Shown: positions 1 to 8,695 of the stretch, piece after piece
Numbering within the stretch: the stretch's first letter is position 1
Layout: every line of letters starts with the position of its first letter
Assembly (NCBI GenBank): GCA_038046645.1
Contig: JBBSVU010000002.1
Coordinates: forward strand, 1-34,894
Direction of reading: 5' to 3'
From: an archaeon
GTDB taxonomy: Archaea; Iainarchaeota; Iainarchaeia; Iainarchaeales; 0-14-0-20-34-12
Length of the DNA: 34,894 nt
Notes under the pieces: generated by a model
The model's database searches: none
Seen by the model: only the letters and a program-made list of their open reading frames with translations
What the model was told of the DNA's origin: nothing
Program-made: the position numbers and the translations under genes

Positions 1-161
1 ATGAAAGAATACATAAATGTGCATGTGGCCTTGAAATAGATAGAGACTACAATGCAGCATTGAATATATTAAAAGCTGGCCAGGAACTGGCCTCAGCGCC
101 TTTGGAGCTTCCTCTTAAGGAAGCGATGAATCAGGAAACTGCAGCCTTTGGGTTGCGGTAG
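1..161 (+). CDS. tnpB: TnpB (IS200/IS605-family RNA-guided nuclease), C-terminal fragment truncated by the window start
   Basis: Manual translation from nt 3: ERIHKCACGLEIDRDYNAALNILKAG...GLR*, stop TAG at 159-161. It carries the Zn-ribbon half-site CxC(G) and the RuvC-III motif DRDxNAAxNI typical of TnpB/Cas12f. Not in the ORF track. Confidence 0.88.
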   Translation, partial: ERIHKCACGLEIDRDYNAALNILKAGQELASAPLELPLKEAMNQETAAFGLR

Positions 162-166
162 TTCAC
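78..166 (+). mobile_element. IS200/IS605 right end and 3' part of the omegaRNA (reRNA) scaffold
   Basis: Hairpins GGCCAG-gaa-CTGGCC (78-92), GCTTCCT-ctta-AGGAAGC (107-124) and CTGCAGCC-tttg-GGTTGCGG (139-158), followed by TTCAC (162-166), which resembles the TCAC/TCAA right-end cleavage motif. All overlap the tnpB 3' end. Confidence 0.78.
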
Positions 167-172
167 ATAGAT

Positions 173-1000
173 TTATCTGAGCCTAGGCCGGCCTCTACTT
201 ACATTTCTTTGCCTTCTTACATTTCTTGCCTTTCTAACCTGCCTTGGCACCCTTGTTTTTGTCAGATAATGCGACCTTAATGCACTTGTTACATTTTGGA
301 TTATTTCATTGCCCTTTCCTCTTATTACAATCCACCCCCTTCTGCCTGCGTATTCTTCAAGTTCGTGGGAAGGGTTTACTGCAACAGGCACCCTTACTGA
401 GGATAACATTACCCTATCTTCAAAACTGTCACCAAATGCAAAAGATTTCTTCAAGAAGTTTCTGTATTTTGAAGCAAGCAATCGTATGCTTCGCCATTTC
501 TGGTGGAAAACAGAATTATTAATTAATACACGGCCTGTGTACACACCATTTCGTGTTTCCAATTCTGTTCCAGTATAATCACTAAACCCAAATTTTCTTG
601 CAATAGCCCTTGCAAGTTCAATTGGCTGCCCGGTAACTAAGGTAGTAATGCAATGTTCATTCATTAAATTAATCAAAGGTTCAGCAAAATCATGCATTCT
701 CAATAGTTTTGGGTCTCGGACAAATTCAGAAGCCATCTGTTCTATTGCAGTTGCAGGCTTTCCTTCTAATGCTTTGGCATAAAGTTTCATAATGTTTGTA
801 GCGAATATTGGCAGATAAGGTTCGCCTTTTTTTCCTAGGTGTCCAGCCTCAACAAGCATGCTTTTCCAAATAGCATCATCGATTAGTTTTGCTTCATGCA
901 GGTAAGTAAACCATTCTGCAAGATCGCCTTTCCTTAATGTTTTGTCCAAATCAAAAAAAGCGATTCCATCCCTTTTTGGGGTAATGGGTTTTGCGGCCAT
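173..1000 (-). CDS. HAD-IB family hydrolase (SerB/phosphoserine phosphatase-like) with Arg-rich C-terminal tail
   Basis: Motif I FFDLDKTL, motif II LVTG, motif IV FGDSFED...VAVNP. Confidence 0.85.
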   Translation of the reverse strand: MAAKPITPKRDGIAFFDLDKTLRKGDLAEWFTYLHEAKLIDDAIWKSMLVEAGHLGKKGEPYLPIFATNIMKLYAKALEGKPATAIEQMASEFVRDPKLLRMHDFAEPLINLMNEHCITTLVTGQPIELARAIARKFGFSDYTGTELETRNGVYTGRVLINNSVFHQKWRSIRLLASKYRNFLKKSFAFGDSFEDRVMLSSVRVPVAVNPSHELEEYAGRRGWIVIRGKGNEIIQNVTSALRSHYLTKTRVPRQVRKARNVRRQRNVSRGRPRLR

Positions 1001-1164
1001 AATAATCTAGTTATGCTAAGCAGTTAAAACCTTTTTGGGTTGATTAAAAATCAACCATTAAGTTTACTTTTTGAAACAAAATCTTTTAATTAAGATAAAT
1101 ACAATTATTCTTTTGCTAAAAGGGTTGGAAATGAAAATAATAGGATTTAGTTTAACATATAGTT

Positions 1165-1183
1165 TTATAACTTGTTATAACAA
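1165..1183. promoter_or_regulatory. Palindromic operator upstream of the toxin-antitoxin operon
   Basis: Perfect palindrome TTGTTATAACAA (1172-1183) overlapping the inverted repeat TTATAAC-tt-GTTATAA (1165-1180), ~25 nt before the ATG at 1207. Confidence 0.5.
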
Positions 1184-1206
1184 TATATTTTTAGGCGGGT
1201 GCTTTC

Positions 1207-1491
1207 ATGCTAGAAAGCATTAAATTTGAAGCACATGCCTTAATGAGATTGCGTCAAAGATCTTGCCAATATGGTTTAAGTTTTCAAGAGGCAAGAAAAA
1301 GGATTATTGAAACAATAAAAACAAGAAATAGAACTAAAAAGAAACACATAGCAAAAACTATGTGGTATGTGACATACTATCGTTATTTCAGTGACAATTT
1401 ATCGTTTTATGTTATCTGTAAAGAAAATAAATTTGGAGTGAACAAAAAATATCTGATAAAAACAATAATAATAGAGTACGGGAGAGGATAA
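1207..1491 (+). CDS. Putative type II toxin, DUF4258/RelE-like RNase
   Basis: 94 aa, basic, with N-terminal HAxxRxxQR and C-terminal IKTI; 1 nt from the downstream antitoxin-like gene. Confidence 0.6.
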   Translation: MLESIKFEAHALMRLRQRSCQYGLSFQEARKRIIETIKTRNRTKKKHIAKTMWYVTYYRYFSDNLSFYVICKENKFGVNKKYLIKTIIIEYGRG

Positions 1492-1492
1492 A

Positions 1493-1825
1493 ATGGATAG
1501 AAAAACTTTCGAAAAAATGTGTGTTTGCGGAGGAAAACTGCATAAAACATCCATAAAATATAAAGGAATATTATTGGAAGGAGAAGAATGTAGCAAATGC
1601 CATGAAAAAATGTTCAGTGAAGAACAGGCGACAAAAGCAATTGATGAAATAGAACAGCATGACTTAAAAGAAAAATATGTAAAACACCCTGTAAAGATTG
1701 GCAATAGCTGGGGAGTAATCTTCCCTAACGAAGTTTCAAAAAAGTTCCAGTTGAACCAGAAAAAAACAGAATTAATAATTCATCCAATGCTTTCAAAGAA
1801 AATGATTGAATTGCAGATAGAATAA
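1493..1825 (+). CDS. Putative antitoxin: YgiT/MqsA-type Zn ribbon plus AbrB/MazE DNA-binding domain
   Basis: CxC...CxxC Zn ribbon (CVCGG, ECSKCHE) and the AbrB signature KIGNSWGVIFP. Confidence 0.72.
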   Translation: MDRKTFEKMCVCGGKLHKTSIKYKGILLEGEECSKCHEKMFSEEQATKAIDEIEQHDLKEKYVKHPVKIGNSWGVIFPNEVSKKFQLNQKKTELIIHPMLSKKMIELQIE

Positions 1826-1833
1826 AGAAATAG

Positions 1834-2535
1834 TTATTTCTCTAGCAAACCTAAAATCTGCGTTACCCTTCTTTTATTTGGATTTAATTCATATACCCAA
1901 AAATAACCCACAAAAGGTTCGTATGGGTTTCGCACTGGTTTCTTGTGAAAAAACCTGTCAATTAGAGGCGCATATGTTTTCTTTACTTCTAGAGAATCCC
2001 CAAAATCCATGTAAACAGTATACCCTTGCCTTATCTTATTCCTCATCCTATGCAAGAACTCAGATAAAATGAATTCGGATGGATGCATTTCCAATTGTTC
2101 TGCAAATTTTTTGCTTTCTCTAGTTTCAATTTCAGGGGAATAATCCTCGCTTTCCTGCTTTCGTTCATCAACACCAACATATGCTGGCTTTGTTCTTTCA
2201 CGCTGAATTGATTTAATTACAATGCATTTATCACTTACCTTATGGTAAAGAGTAAATCTTGCAGTCCCTGCAGAATCTCTAAGCACTAGGTATGGTCTAT
2301 AGACCTCGAGAGGAACAAGGGCATTATTGGATTTTTTTACTAAATAACGATCACGATGCACATACTTTTCAGTTTCTTCAAAAGAATAATTTTTCGGGTC
2401 AACCCTGTCTTTGTAATAAGTAGGGGAAGTCTTCAATGCCTTTTGCATTGCTGCACGCCTTCTCAAGCGAAGGCCTTTTGCACTTTGCAGGAGAAGCCTT
2501 CTTCTGCGCAGGGATTTAAGCGATGGTTTCTTCAT
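1834..2535 (-). CDS. Hypothetical protein with Arg/Lys-rich N-terminus (paralog of 3835..4629)
   Basis: 233 aa ORF sharing blocks with 3835..4629 (ALKTSPTYYKDRVDPK, IVIKSIQRERT, ESKKFAEQL, PLIDRFFHKKP). Confidence 0.8.
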   Translation of the reverse strand: MKKPSLKSLRRRRLLLQSAKGLRLRRRAAMQKALKTSPTYYKDRVDPKNYSFEETEKYVHRDRYLVKKSNNALVPLEVYRPYLVLRDSAGTARFTLYHKVSDKCIVIKSIQRERTKPAYVGVDERKQESEDYSPEIETRESKKFAEQLEMHPSEFILSEFLHRMRNKIRQGYTVYMDFGDSLEVKKTYAPLIDRFFHKKPVRNPYEPFVGYFWVYELNPNKRRVTQILGLLEK

Positions 2536-2549
2536 TTTGTTCTATAAAT

Positions 2550-2609
2550 CTATTTGCACAAAACCTTTTCAATCCTTTCCAATGCCCAGTCGATTTCTTT
2601 TTTTGTTAT
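2550..2609 (-). pseudogene. Duplicated 3' remnant of rocD (last 19 codons plus stop)
   Basis: Translates ITKKEIDWALERIEKVLCK* versus the RocD C-terminus ITKKELDWAFERIKKVLCK* (4644-4703); 53/60 nt identical, offset 2094 nt. Confidence 0.9.
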
Positions 2610-3796
2610 TTTCTTTCCATAAGCCATTCTTGAATGTTTTTATTTTCAATCCCAATGTTTTCTTCAGTTTCTTTGTTCGTCTTTCCTGAGTAAAGAATTG
2701 TTGCATTTCTTACCTTGTTTTTTTTGCAGAATTCAATCAGACCATCTTTTTCTCTCTTGGGCAGTTCTTGAGAATAGCAAACGTTTATTGGCAAAAGATT
2801 TGTTTTTTTCTTAGCAATAAAATCAACTTCTCTTGAATTTTTCCAATAATATGCCTCAAATTTCCTGTGTTTGAGCTCAATTGCAATGACTGCTTCTGCA
2901 AGCCTGCCTTTGTCTTCAGTAAAAGACTTTGAAGCATACTGCTGCATGCCTAAATCAAAAGCAAAAATCTTTCGGGTTTTTGAGAGGGACTCTTTCAAGG
3001 AATATGAAAAGAAAGGAACTTGAAAAATCAAAAAAGCTGCTTCTAAATATTCCATAAACTGCCTTATTGTATCATATGACAAGCCAAGCGTTGCCCTTAT
3101 CTTCTTCAAGCTAATATGTTTTCCGGAATTTGTCAAAAGGTAAAGCGCGAGGTTCCGCAAGGCGGCTGAATCCCTTACTCCATAGCGTGTAATTATATCT
3201 TTTATCAAGGCAAGTTCAAAATATGATTCAAGCAATTTCTCTCTTTTCTCAGGGTTCAAAACAACTTCAGGATAACCCCCTATTTTCAAGTAATCATCAA
3301 AACTTTTTTTGGTTACGCGATGAAATTCACTAAACGAAAAAGGCAGTACCTGAAAACCTATCCCTCTCCCACCGAGAGAGCTTGCAAACTCGCTGCTTAA
3401 CAACTTTGCAGAAGAACCAGTGACAATTACCTGACATTGCCTTATATCAACTGCTTTTCTCACCCACTTCTCCCAGCCATTAATCAATTGCACTTCATCA
3501 AAAACAACAGTATCTTTAGCAGTTAATCCATCAGCAAAAGACTCCAATAAATCTGTGTTTAATGAATCAATAAGCTTTGGGTCCTCTAGATTAACATATC
3601 TTGTCAGAGTATTTTCTGGCATTTTCTCCAAAAGCCTCTTAGCAACAACAGACTTTCCAGAACGCCTAGGGCCATATAGGAAAACGACATTTTTGTTACT
3701 AATAAAGGGCAAAATTTCATCTTCAATATCTCTCTTAACTGTGTGTTCCTTTACTGCCCATTTTTTCAAAAGGCTATCTAATTCCTTTGAAAGCAT
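2606..3796 (-). CDS. AAA+ ATPase, AAA_14/DUF4143 (COG1373) family
   Basis: Walker A GPRRSGKS, Walker B FDEVQ, TGSS, GGYPEV, central HTH and a C-terminal nuclease-like EVDFI motif. Confidence 0.92.
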   Translation of the reverse strand: MLSKELDSLLKKWAVKEHTVKRDIEDEILPFISNKNVVFLYGPRRSGKSVVAKRLLEKMPENTLTRYVNLEDPKLIDSLNTDLLESFADGLTAKDTVVFDEVQLINGWEKWVRKAVDIRQCQVIVTGSSAKLLSSEFASSLGGRGIGFQVLPFSFSEFHRVTKKSFDDYLKIGGYPEVVLNPEKREKLLESYFELALIKDIITRYGVRDSAALRNLALYLLTNSGKHISLKKIRATLGLSYDTIRQFMEYLEAAFLIFQVPFFSYSLKESLSKTRKIFAFDLGMQQYASKSFTEDKGRLAEAVIAIELKHRKFEAYYWKNSREVDFIAKKKTNLLPINVCYSQELPKREKDGLIEFCKKNKVRNATILYSGKTNKETEENIGIENKNIQEWLMERK

Positions 3797-3834
3797 GAAA
3801 GAATAATATACAAAAGAATATATAAAGGGTTACG

Positions 3835-4629
3835 TTATAACGTAACCTTATGCGAATAAGGGATTGAAAATGGATTTGTTGCTAAATTCCAAGGATTTGC
3901 TTTACCCTTTTTTTTACCTAGATTTAGTTCATACAAGTGAGTTCTTTCTATTGGCTTTTTATGAAAAAATCTGTCAATTAAAGGACGATAAGTCTTCACA
4001 ATGGCCTCAAGCCAGCTTGATAAATCCAACACAACAGTACGCTCTTCCTTTATTTTATCCCTCATCCTGTGCAAAAATTCACATAAAATAAATTCAGAAG
4101 AATGCATTCCTAATTGTTCTGCAAACTTTTTGCTTTCGACTCGCTCACGTTCAGGAGAATAGCGACTCGCATCACCCCAAACACCGTGATAATAAAAAGG
4201 GCCCCTTTTATCCTTGAAAGGGTCGTCTCTAACAAAGTCGGGCACGTCTCTTTCTACAATACCTTCATATGCTAGATTAGTTCTTTCTCTTTGAATAGAT
4301 TTAATTACAATCCTTTCAGGTTCTGTAACATATTGAAGAGTAACTCTCGGAGTTCCATGAGAATCTTTAAGAATCAGGTGGGGATTATAATTTTTAGCAT
4401 AACCCATGCTCATTCCCCCTTTTTCATCGCTTACTTGATAACGGTCTTTATAAAACCATTTATTAGTCTCTTCAAAAGAATAAGCTTTCGGGTCAACCCT
4501 GTCTTTGTAATAAGTAGGAGATGTTTTCAATGCCCTTTGCATTGCTGCGCGCCTTCTAAAGCGAAGTTTTCTTGCATTTCTCAACAAAAGCCTTCTTCTG
4601 TGCATTGCTGTTAAACTCGGTTTCTTCAT
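3835..4629 (-). CDS. Hypothetical protein with Arg/Lys-rich N-terminus (paralog of 1834..2535); C-terminus altered by a +1 base in an A8 run
   Basis: Clear paralogy. Removing one A from the run at 3908-3915 gives YELNLGKKRVKQILGI* (stop 3882-3884), matching the paralog's YELNPNKRRVTQILGL. Confidence 0.8.
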   Translation of the reverse strand: MKKPSLTAMHRRRLLLRNARKLRFRRRAAMQRALKTSPTYYKDRVDPKAYSFEETNKWFYKDRYQVSDEKGGMSMGYAKNYNPHLILKDSHGTPRVTLQYVTEPERIVIKSIQRERTNLAYEGIVERDVPDFVRDDPFKDKRGPFYYHGVWGDASRYSPERERVESKKFAEQLGMHSSEFILCEFLHRMRDKIKEERTVVLDLSSWLEAIVKTYRPLIDRFFHKKPIERTHLYELNLGKKKGKANPWNLATNPFSIPYSHKVTL

Positions 4630-4643
4630 TTTGTTCTATAAAT

Positions 4644-5852
4644 CTATTTGCACAAAACCTTTTTTATCCTTTCAAATGCCCAATCCAGCTCTTTTTTTGT
4701 TATAACAAGCGGCGGTGCAAACCTTATTACCTGTTCATGTGTCTCTTTGCAAAGCAAACCTTCTTCCATTAATAATTCGCAAAAAGGCCTTGCCTTTCCT
4801 GAGCTTGTTTTTATTTCAATCCCAATAAATAAACCCTTTCCCCTGATTTTTTTAATATGCCTGCTTTGAATTGTCCTTAATTTTTTTAAGAAGTAATTTC
4901 CAAGTTTTTCTGATTTTTGCGGCAATTTTTCTTTCACAATAACATCTAACGCTGCAATGCCAACAGCACAAGCAAGTGGGTTTCCCCCAAATGTTGAGCC
5001 ATGGTCTCCAGGAACAAACAATAATACCAATTCCTTGCGTGCAGCAATTGCTGAAATAGGCATTATCCCTGCGCTCAGAGCTTTACCCATTATTAAAATA
5101 TCTGGTTTTACTCCCTCTTCATGCTGATAAGCAAACAGTTTTCCAGTTCTCCCAAATCCTGTTTGTATTTCATCCATCAAAAGCAGGACATTGTGCTTTT
5201 TGCATATATCGTAAACCTTTTTCAAATATCCTTTATCAGGAATTATTATTCCTCCTTCTCCCTGAATTGGCTCTACAAGAAAAGCAACAGTATTTTCAGT
5301 AATAGCATTTTCCAATGCCTGTGCATTATTGTAAGGAATTAGTTTGAATGCATTTTCAGCGTAAGGCCCGAATTTTTCTTTGTACTGTTTCTCAGAAGAA
5401 AATCCAACAATAGTGGTAGTTCTTCCATGAAAATTGCCTTCGCAAACAATTATCTCTGCCTTATTCAAAGGCACTTTTTTTACGTCATAACCCCATTTCC
5501 TTGCGAGCTTTAAAGAAGTTTCAACTGCTTCTGCACCGGAATTCATTGGCAGGACCATGTCGAAGCCCGAAACTTTGCAGAGCTTTTCTGCAAAGTCCCC
5601 TAATTTGTCATTATGGAATGCCCTTGAGGATAAAGTTAATTTATCAAGCTGTTTTTTTGCAGCTTTTATTACATTTGGATTGCAATGCCCTTGGTTTAAA
5701 GCAGAATAAGATGCAAGCATATCAAGGTATTTCTTGCCTTCAACATCCCAAACCCAGCATCCCTTAGCTTTTGAGATTACAATTGGCAGAGGATGGTAAT
5801 TATGTGCAACATATCTTTCAATCTTTTCAATGCATGCTTTTGAATCAGACAA
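4644..5852 (-). CDS. rocD: Ornithine--oxo-acid aminotransferase (class III PLP enzyme)
   Basis: AHNYHPLP, YSALNQGH, NSGAEAVET, NFHGRT, EPIQGEGG, DEIQTGFGRTG, GKALSAG, HGSTFGGNPLAC; TTG start. Confidence 0.95.
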   Translation of the reverse strand: MSDSKACIEKIERYVAHNYHPLPIVISKAKGCWVWDVEGKKYLDMLASYSALNQGHCNPNVIKAAKKQLDKLTLSSRAFHNDKLGDFAEKLCKVSGFDMVLPMNSGAEAVETSLKLARKWGYDVKKVPLNKAEIIVCEGNFHGRTTTIVGFSSEKQYKEKFGPYAENAFKLIPYNNAQALENAITENTVAFLVEPIQGEGGIIIPDKGYLKKVYDICKKHNVLLLMDEIQTGFGRTGKLFAYQHEEGVKPDILIMGKALSAGIMPISAIAARKELVLLFVPGDHGSTFGGNPLACAVGIAALDVIVKEKLPQKSEKLGNYFLKKLRTIQSRHIKKIRGKGLFIGIEIKTSSGKARPFCELLMEEGLLCKETHEQVIRFAPPLVITKKELDWAFERIKKVLCK

Positions 5853-5868
5853 GAAAACACCGCTTATT

Positions 5869-5890
5869 CAATATTGGTTACACAATATTG
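5869..5890. promoter_or_regulatory. Candidate operator upstream of rocD
   Basis: Two palindromic CAATATTG 8-mers (5869-5876, 5883-5890) between a minus-strand TTTTAA TATA-like box (~5892-5897) and the rocD start. Confidence 0.35.
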
Positions 5891-5903
5891 CTTAAAAGAT
5901 TAT

Positions 5904-6434
5904 TTAAACTTTTTCAAACAAATCAATGAAATTGTCAGCCAGATCATCAAACAAGCCTTTTCTGTATTGGCTTAGAAGTTCAATTACCTTTTCTGGATTT
6001 TTTAAGGAGTATATTGTTTTTCTTCCGCGCTTATTTCGGTCAATTAGCTGAGCGTCAACAAGCTTGTTTAAATGGAAAGAAATTGTGCTTGGTGAAAGAT
6101 TTAATTGCTTGCTTAAAAATTCATTTGTTATTTTTTTCTTTTTTAGCATGTGCAATAGCGCTAATTTTATCTTAGGGTCATTTGCCAAGGATAAAATTGT
6201 TTTATCCTCCTCTTTGGAATAGAAATCAAGCGGGAAATATCTTGCAAACTTCTTCTCTTTGCGGCAGATTACAAAACTGCCTCTTTCTAGTACACTTAAA
6301 TGATATTGTAAAGAACCGATAGCTAAATTAGACCTTCTTTTAAGCTCGCGGAAGTGAACCCCTGGGCTTTCCTTTATCAATTCATAAAGCCTTTTCCTCA
6401 CATCCAATGCTAAAATTTTTTCCCTGTCGTACAT
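5904..6434 (-). CDS. Double winged-HTH (ArsR-like) transcriptional regulator
   Basis: Two HTH units: PGVHFRELKR...GSLQYHL and LSPSTISFHLNKLVDAQLI; common archaeal architecture. Confidence 0.85.
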   Translation of the reverse strand: MYDREKILALDVRKRLYELIKESPGVHFRELKRRSNLAIGSLQYHLSVLERGSFVICRKEKKFARYFPLDFYSKEEDKTILSLANDPKIKLALLHMLKKKKITNEFLSKQLNLSPSTISFHLNKLVDAQLIDRNKRGRKTIYSLKNPEKVIELLSQYRKGLFDDLADNFIDLFEKV

Positions 6435-6461
6435 ATTTCACCGCAAATCCATTGTACTAAT

Positions 6462-6800
6462 TTACTTGTCTCTCCTTAATAAAGCAAGGAAAAGCATTGC
6501 GAATATTACTAACTCAAATACCGTTTCAACAGGGCTTGAAAAGAAGAATCCCGGGCTATAAAACAGGTCAATAACCTTAATTATCCATTTTACTGAGAAT
6601 AATGCAAATGCCACGGTTAAAAACAAAAACCTGTTCGACTTGTGCTTAGTGTATGCTTTTGCTGCAATTGCTAGTAAAACCAAAGCAAGCAAAAGGACTA
6701 TTATATTTATAAAAAATGAATATTGTTCTGAGAACTGTACCAATGGCCTTAGTACATCCCATACTGGAATATCTGAAGCTAAAAGAACTGTACCAATCAT
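6462..6800 (-). CDS. Small integral membrane protein (~3 TM), probably co-transcribed with the HTH regulator
   Basis: 112 aa with hydrophobic segments; SD-like GGATGTGAT upstream. Confidence 0.7.
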   Translation of the reverse strand: MIGTVLLASDIPVWDVLRPLVQFSEQYSFFINIIVLLLALVLLAIAAKAYTKHKSNRFLFLTVAFALFSVKWIIKVIDLFYSPGFFFSSPVETVFELVIFAMLFLALLRRDK

Positions 6801-7003
6801 AATATCACATCCTAATTATAAGCAGAAAAGAATAAAAATGAGACTGAATGGCATTTTTCGAAAGTGAGGGAAAATGATGAGAAAAAACCATTCAATCTTT
6901 TTATCATCTGTACAGTATACTTGCTTCTCCCTTTATAAAGGAATTTTGGTACACCTAAAAAATAGTACATTTTTGGTTTTTTATTTAAAATTGATTGTAC
7001 CAA

Positions 7004-7867
7004 TCAAATAGATGCAAGTTGTGGGGCAGTAAGCAGCAGGTAAATTATGCAGGAGGTAATCACTATTGTTGCAAATATTGTCCTTTTTTTCAGCCTTTCC
7101 TTAAGTATTATTACATCTAAAAAAGTGGCTACAAGTGGCACTGAACTTAAGATTATTACTGTATCTATGATGCCTATTATCTCATAGCTCTTATACTCAA
7201 AAAACAGGCTTAATATCCACAAGGCATTTGTTAAAAAAGCGCTTATCCAGTTAAGCTTTGTTGTGCCTTTAAAGCTTTGTCTTAGTATGACCAATAAGGC
7301 TATTTCCATAAAAAAAATCTGAATTATGGTTACAATAAATGGGTCGATTGACAGCACTAAACCCTTTGCCAATATTTTGCTTAGTGCCAAGAAAAATGTT
7401 GATGAAAGCAGTATTATGCTTGCTTTTGAAAAAACCAAATGCTTTCTTTCAAAGTTTGACAGTATTAAAACTCCGGTAGCTATTAATGCAATAATTAAGT
7501 GATTTACTCCTGTTATATCCTGTGGATAAATAACTGAAGCCATTATTACAATAAAGAAAAATGAAAAAGTAAGGTATGGCTGGGCATCACTTACGCTTGT
7601 TAGCGAAAGCCCTTTGAAATAAAGCATAAAATCAAATACTGCGGTTAAAACCAAAGCGGCAAATAATGCTATTGTAAAAAAATCAAAATTGAATTCCAGT
7701 ACATTTATCTTAAATACAAAAATTCCCAACAGGCTTAGGGTTATTACTGAAATTGCTGATGTTAGGGCAACAGCTTTTTTATAATCAAGATGCTGGTAAT
7801 GCATCATATGCTTGTCTATGATTTGCGAGCTTGCATACAAAACAGAAGAAAGTATTCCATAAAGCAT
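7004..7867 (-). CDS. EamA/DMT-family transporter
   Basis: 287 aa, ~10 TM segments, C-terminal ILKERL motif. Confidence 0.8.
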   Translation of the reverse strand: MLYGILSSVLYASSQIIDKHMMHYQHLDYKKAVALTSAISVITLSLLGIFVFKINVLEFNFDFFTIALFAALVLTAVFDFMLYFKGLSLTSVSDAQPYLTFSFFFIVIMASVIYPQDITGVNHLIIALIATGVLILSNFERKHLVFSKASIILLSSTFFLALSKILAKGLVLSIDPFIVTIIQIFFMEIALLVILRQSFKGTTKLNWISAFLTNALWILSLFFEYKSYEIIGIIDTVIILSSVPLVATFLDVIILKERLKKRTIFATIVITSCIIYLLLTAPQLASI

Positions 7868-7906
7868 ATGTTCACCAATTAAATATTTTACCGGAATGTT
7901 CAGCCA

Positions 7907-8695
7907 TCAAAAATCAGCATTAATTATCCTCAATAAATCCTTATGTATCTTCCCATTGGTTGCAATCATAAATCTATCAAAAGGATTCCATATTTTGCCA
8001 TCTCCTTTTGTAACCTTGCCTCCGGCTTCCTGAATTATTAAAGCACCAGCAGCAGTATCCCATGGTTTAAGGTTAAATTCCCAATGCCCGTCCAATCTTC
8101 CGCAGGCAATATATGCCAAGTCAAGAGCAGCAGAGCCTGCTCTTCTCACGCCCTGTACCCGTTTCATTACATTTCTCATGTTTTGCATATTAAAATCCAT
8201 TATTTTGCCTCGGTCGTACCAAAATCCCGTAGATATCAAGCATTCTATAAGTTTCTTTTTGTTTGATGAATTAATTCTTTTTCCGTTTAGGAAAGAGCCT
8301 TTTCCTTTTTCAGCAACAAACATCTCTTTTGAAATTGGATTATAAATTACGCCGAGAATTGTTTCCTTGCTTTTCTGCAACGCAATTGATATGCAAAAAT
8401 AAGGATAAGCATGTGAAAAATTAGTTGTGCCATCCAATGGATCAATAATCCAGCAGAATTCTGAATCTTTATCTGAATTATTTGACGTTCCTGATTCTTC
8501 ACCCAAAAAATTGTGTTCAGGAAATCTTTTTTTTATTATTTCAATAATCTTCTTTTCAGATTCTTTATCTGCAACAGTAACAAAATCATGCTTGCTTGTC
8601 TTATATTCAATCTTTTTAATGTTGCCGAAATATTTCAATAAGATTTTTGCAGCTTCCTTTGCTGCTTTTACTGCTGTTTGTTTGTATGGTGGCAT
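7907..8695 (-). CDS. suhB: Inositol monophosphatase family protein
   Basis: DFVTVAD, GEE, WIIDPLDGTTNF, GSAALDLAYIACGR, WDTAAG. Confidence 0.93.
   Translation of the reverse strand: MPPYKQTAVKAAKEAAKILLKYFGNIKKIEYKTSKHDFVTVADKESEKKIIEIIKKRFPEHNFLGEESGTSNNSDKDSEFCWIIDPLDGTTNFSHAYPYFCISIALQKSKETILGVIYNPISKEMFVAEKGKGSFLNGKRINSSNKKKLIECLISTGFWYDRGKIMDFNMQNMRNVMKRVQGVRRAGSAALDLAYIACGRLDGHWEFNLKPWDTAAGALIIQEAGGKVTKGDGKIWNPFDRFMIATNGKIHKDLLRIINADF

Noticed and set aside
2544..2553. The first 10 nt of the predicted TnpB guide (ATAGATTTAT) match the minus strand upstream of both orphan paralogs (also 4638-4647)
   Set aside because: A 10-nt AT-rich match is expected by chance in 35 kb of AT-rich DNA, the two hits are one duplicated site, and the match does not extend.
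1834..4629. Diversity-generating retroelement (template/variable repeat) explanation for the orphan paralogs
   Set aside because: The differences are not adenine-specific, both copies are full ORFs with indels, and no reverse transcriptase is present in the window.
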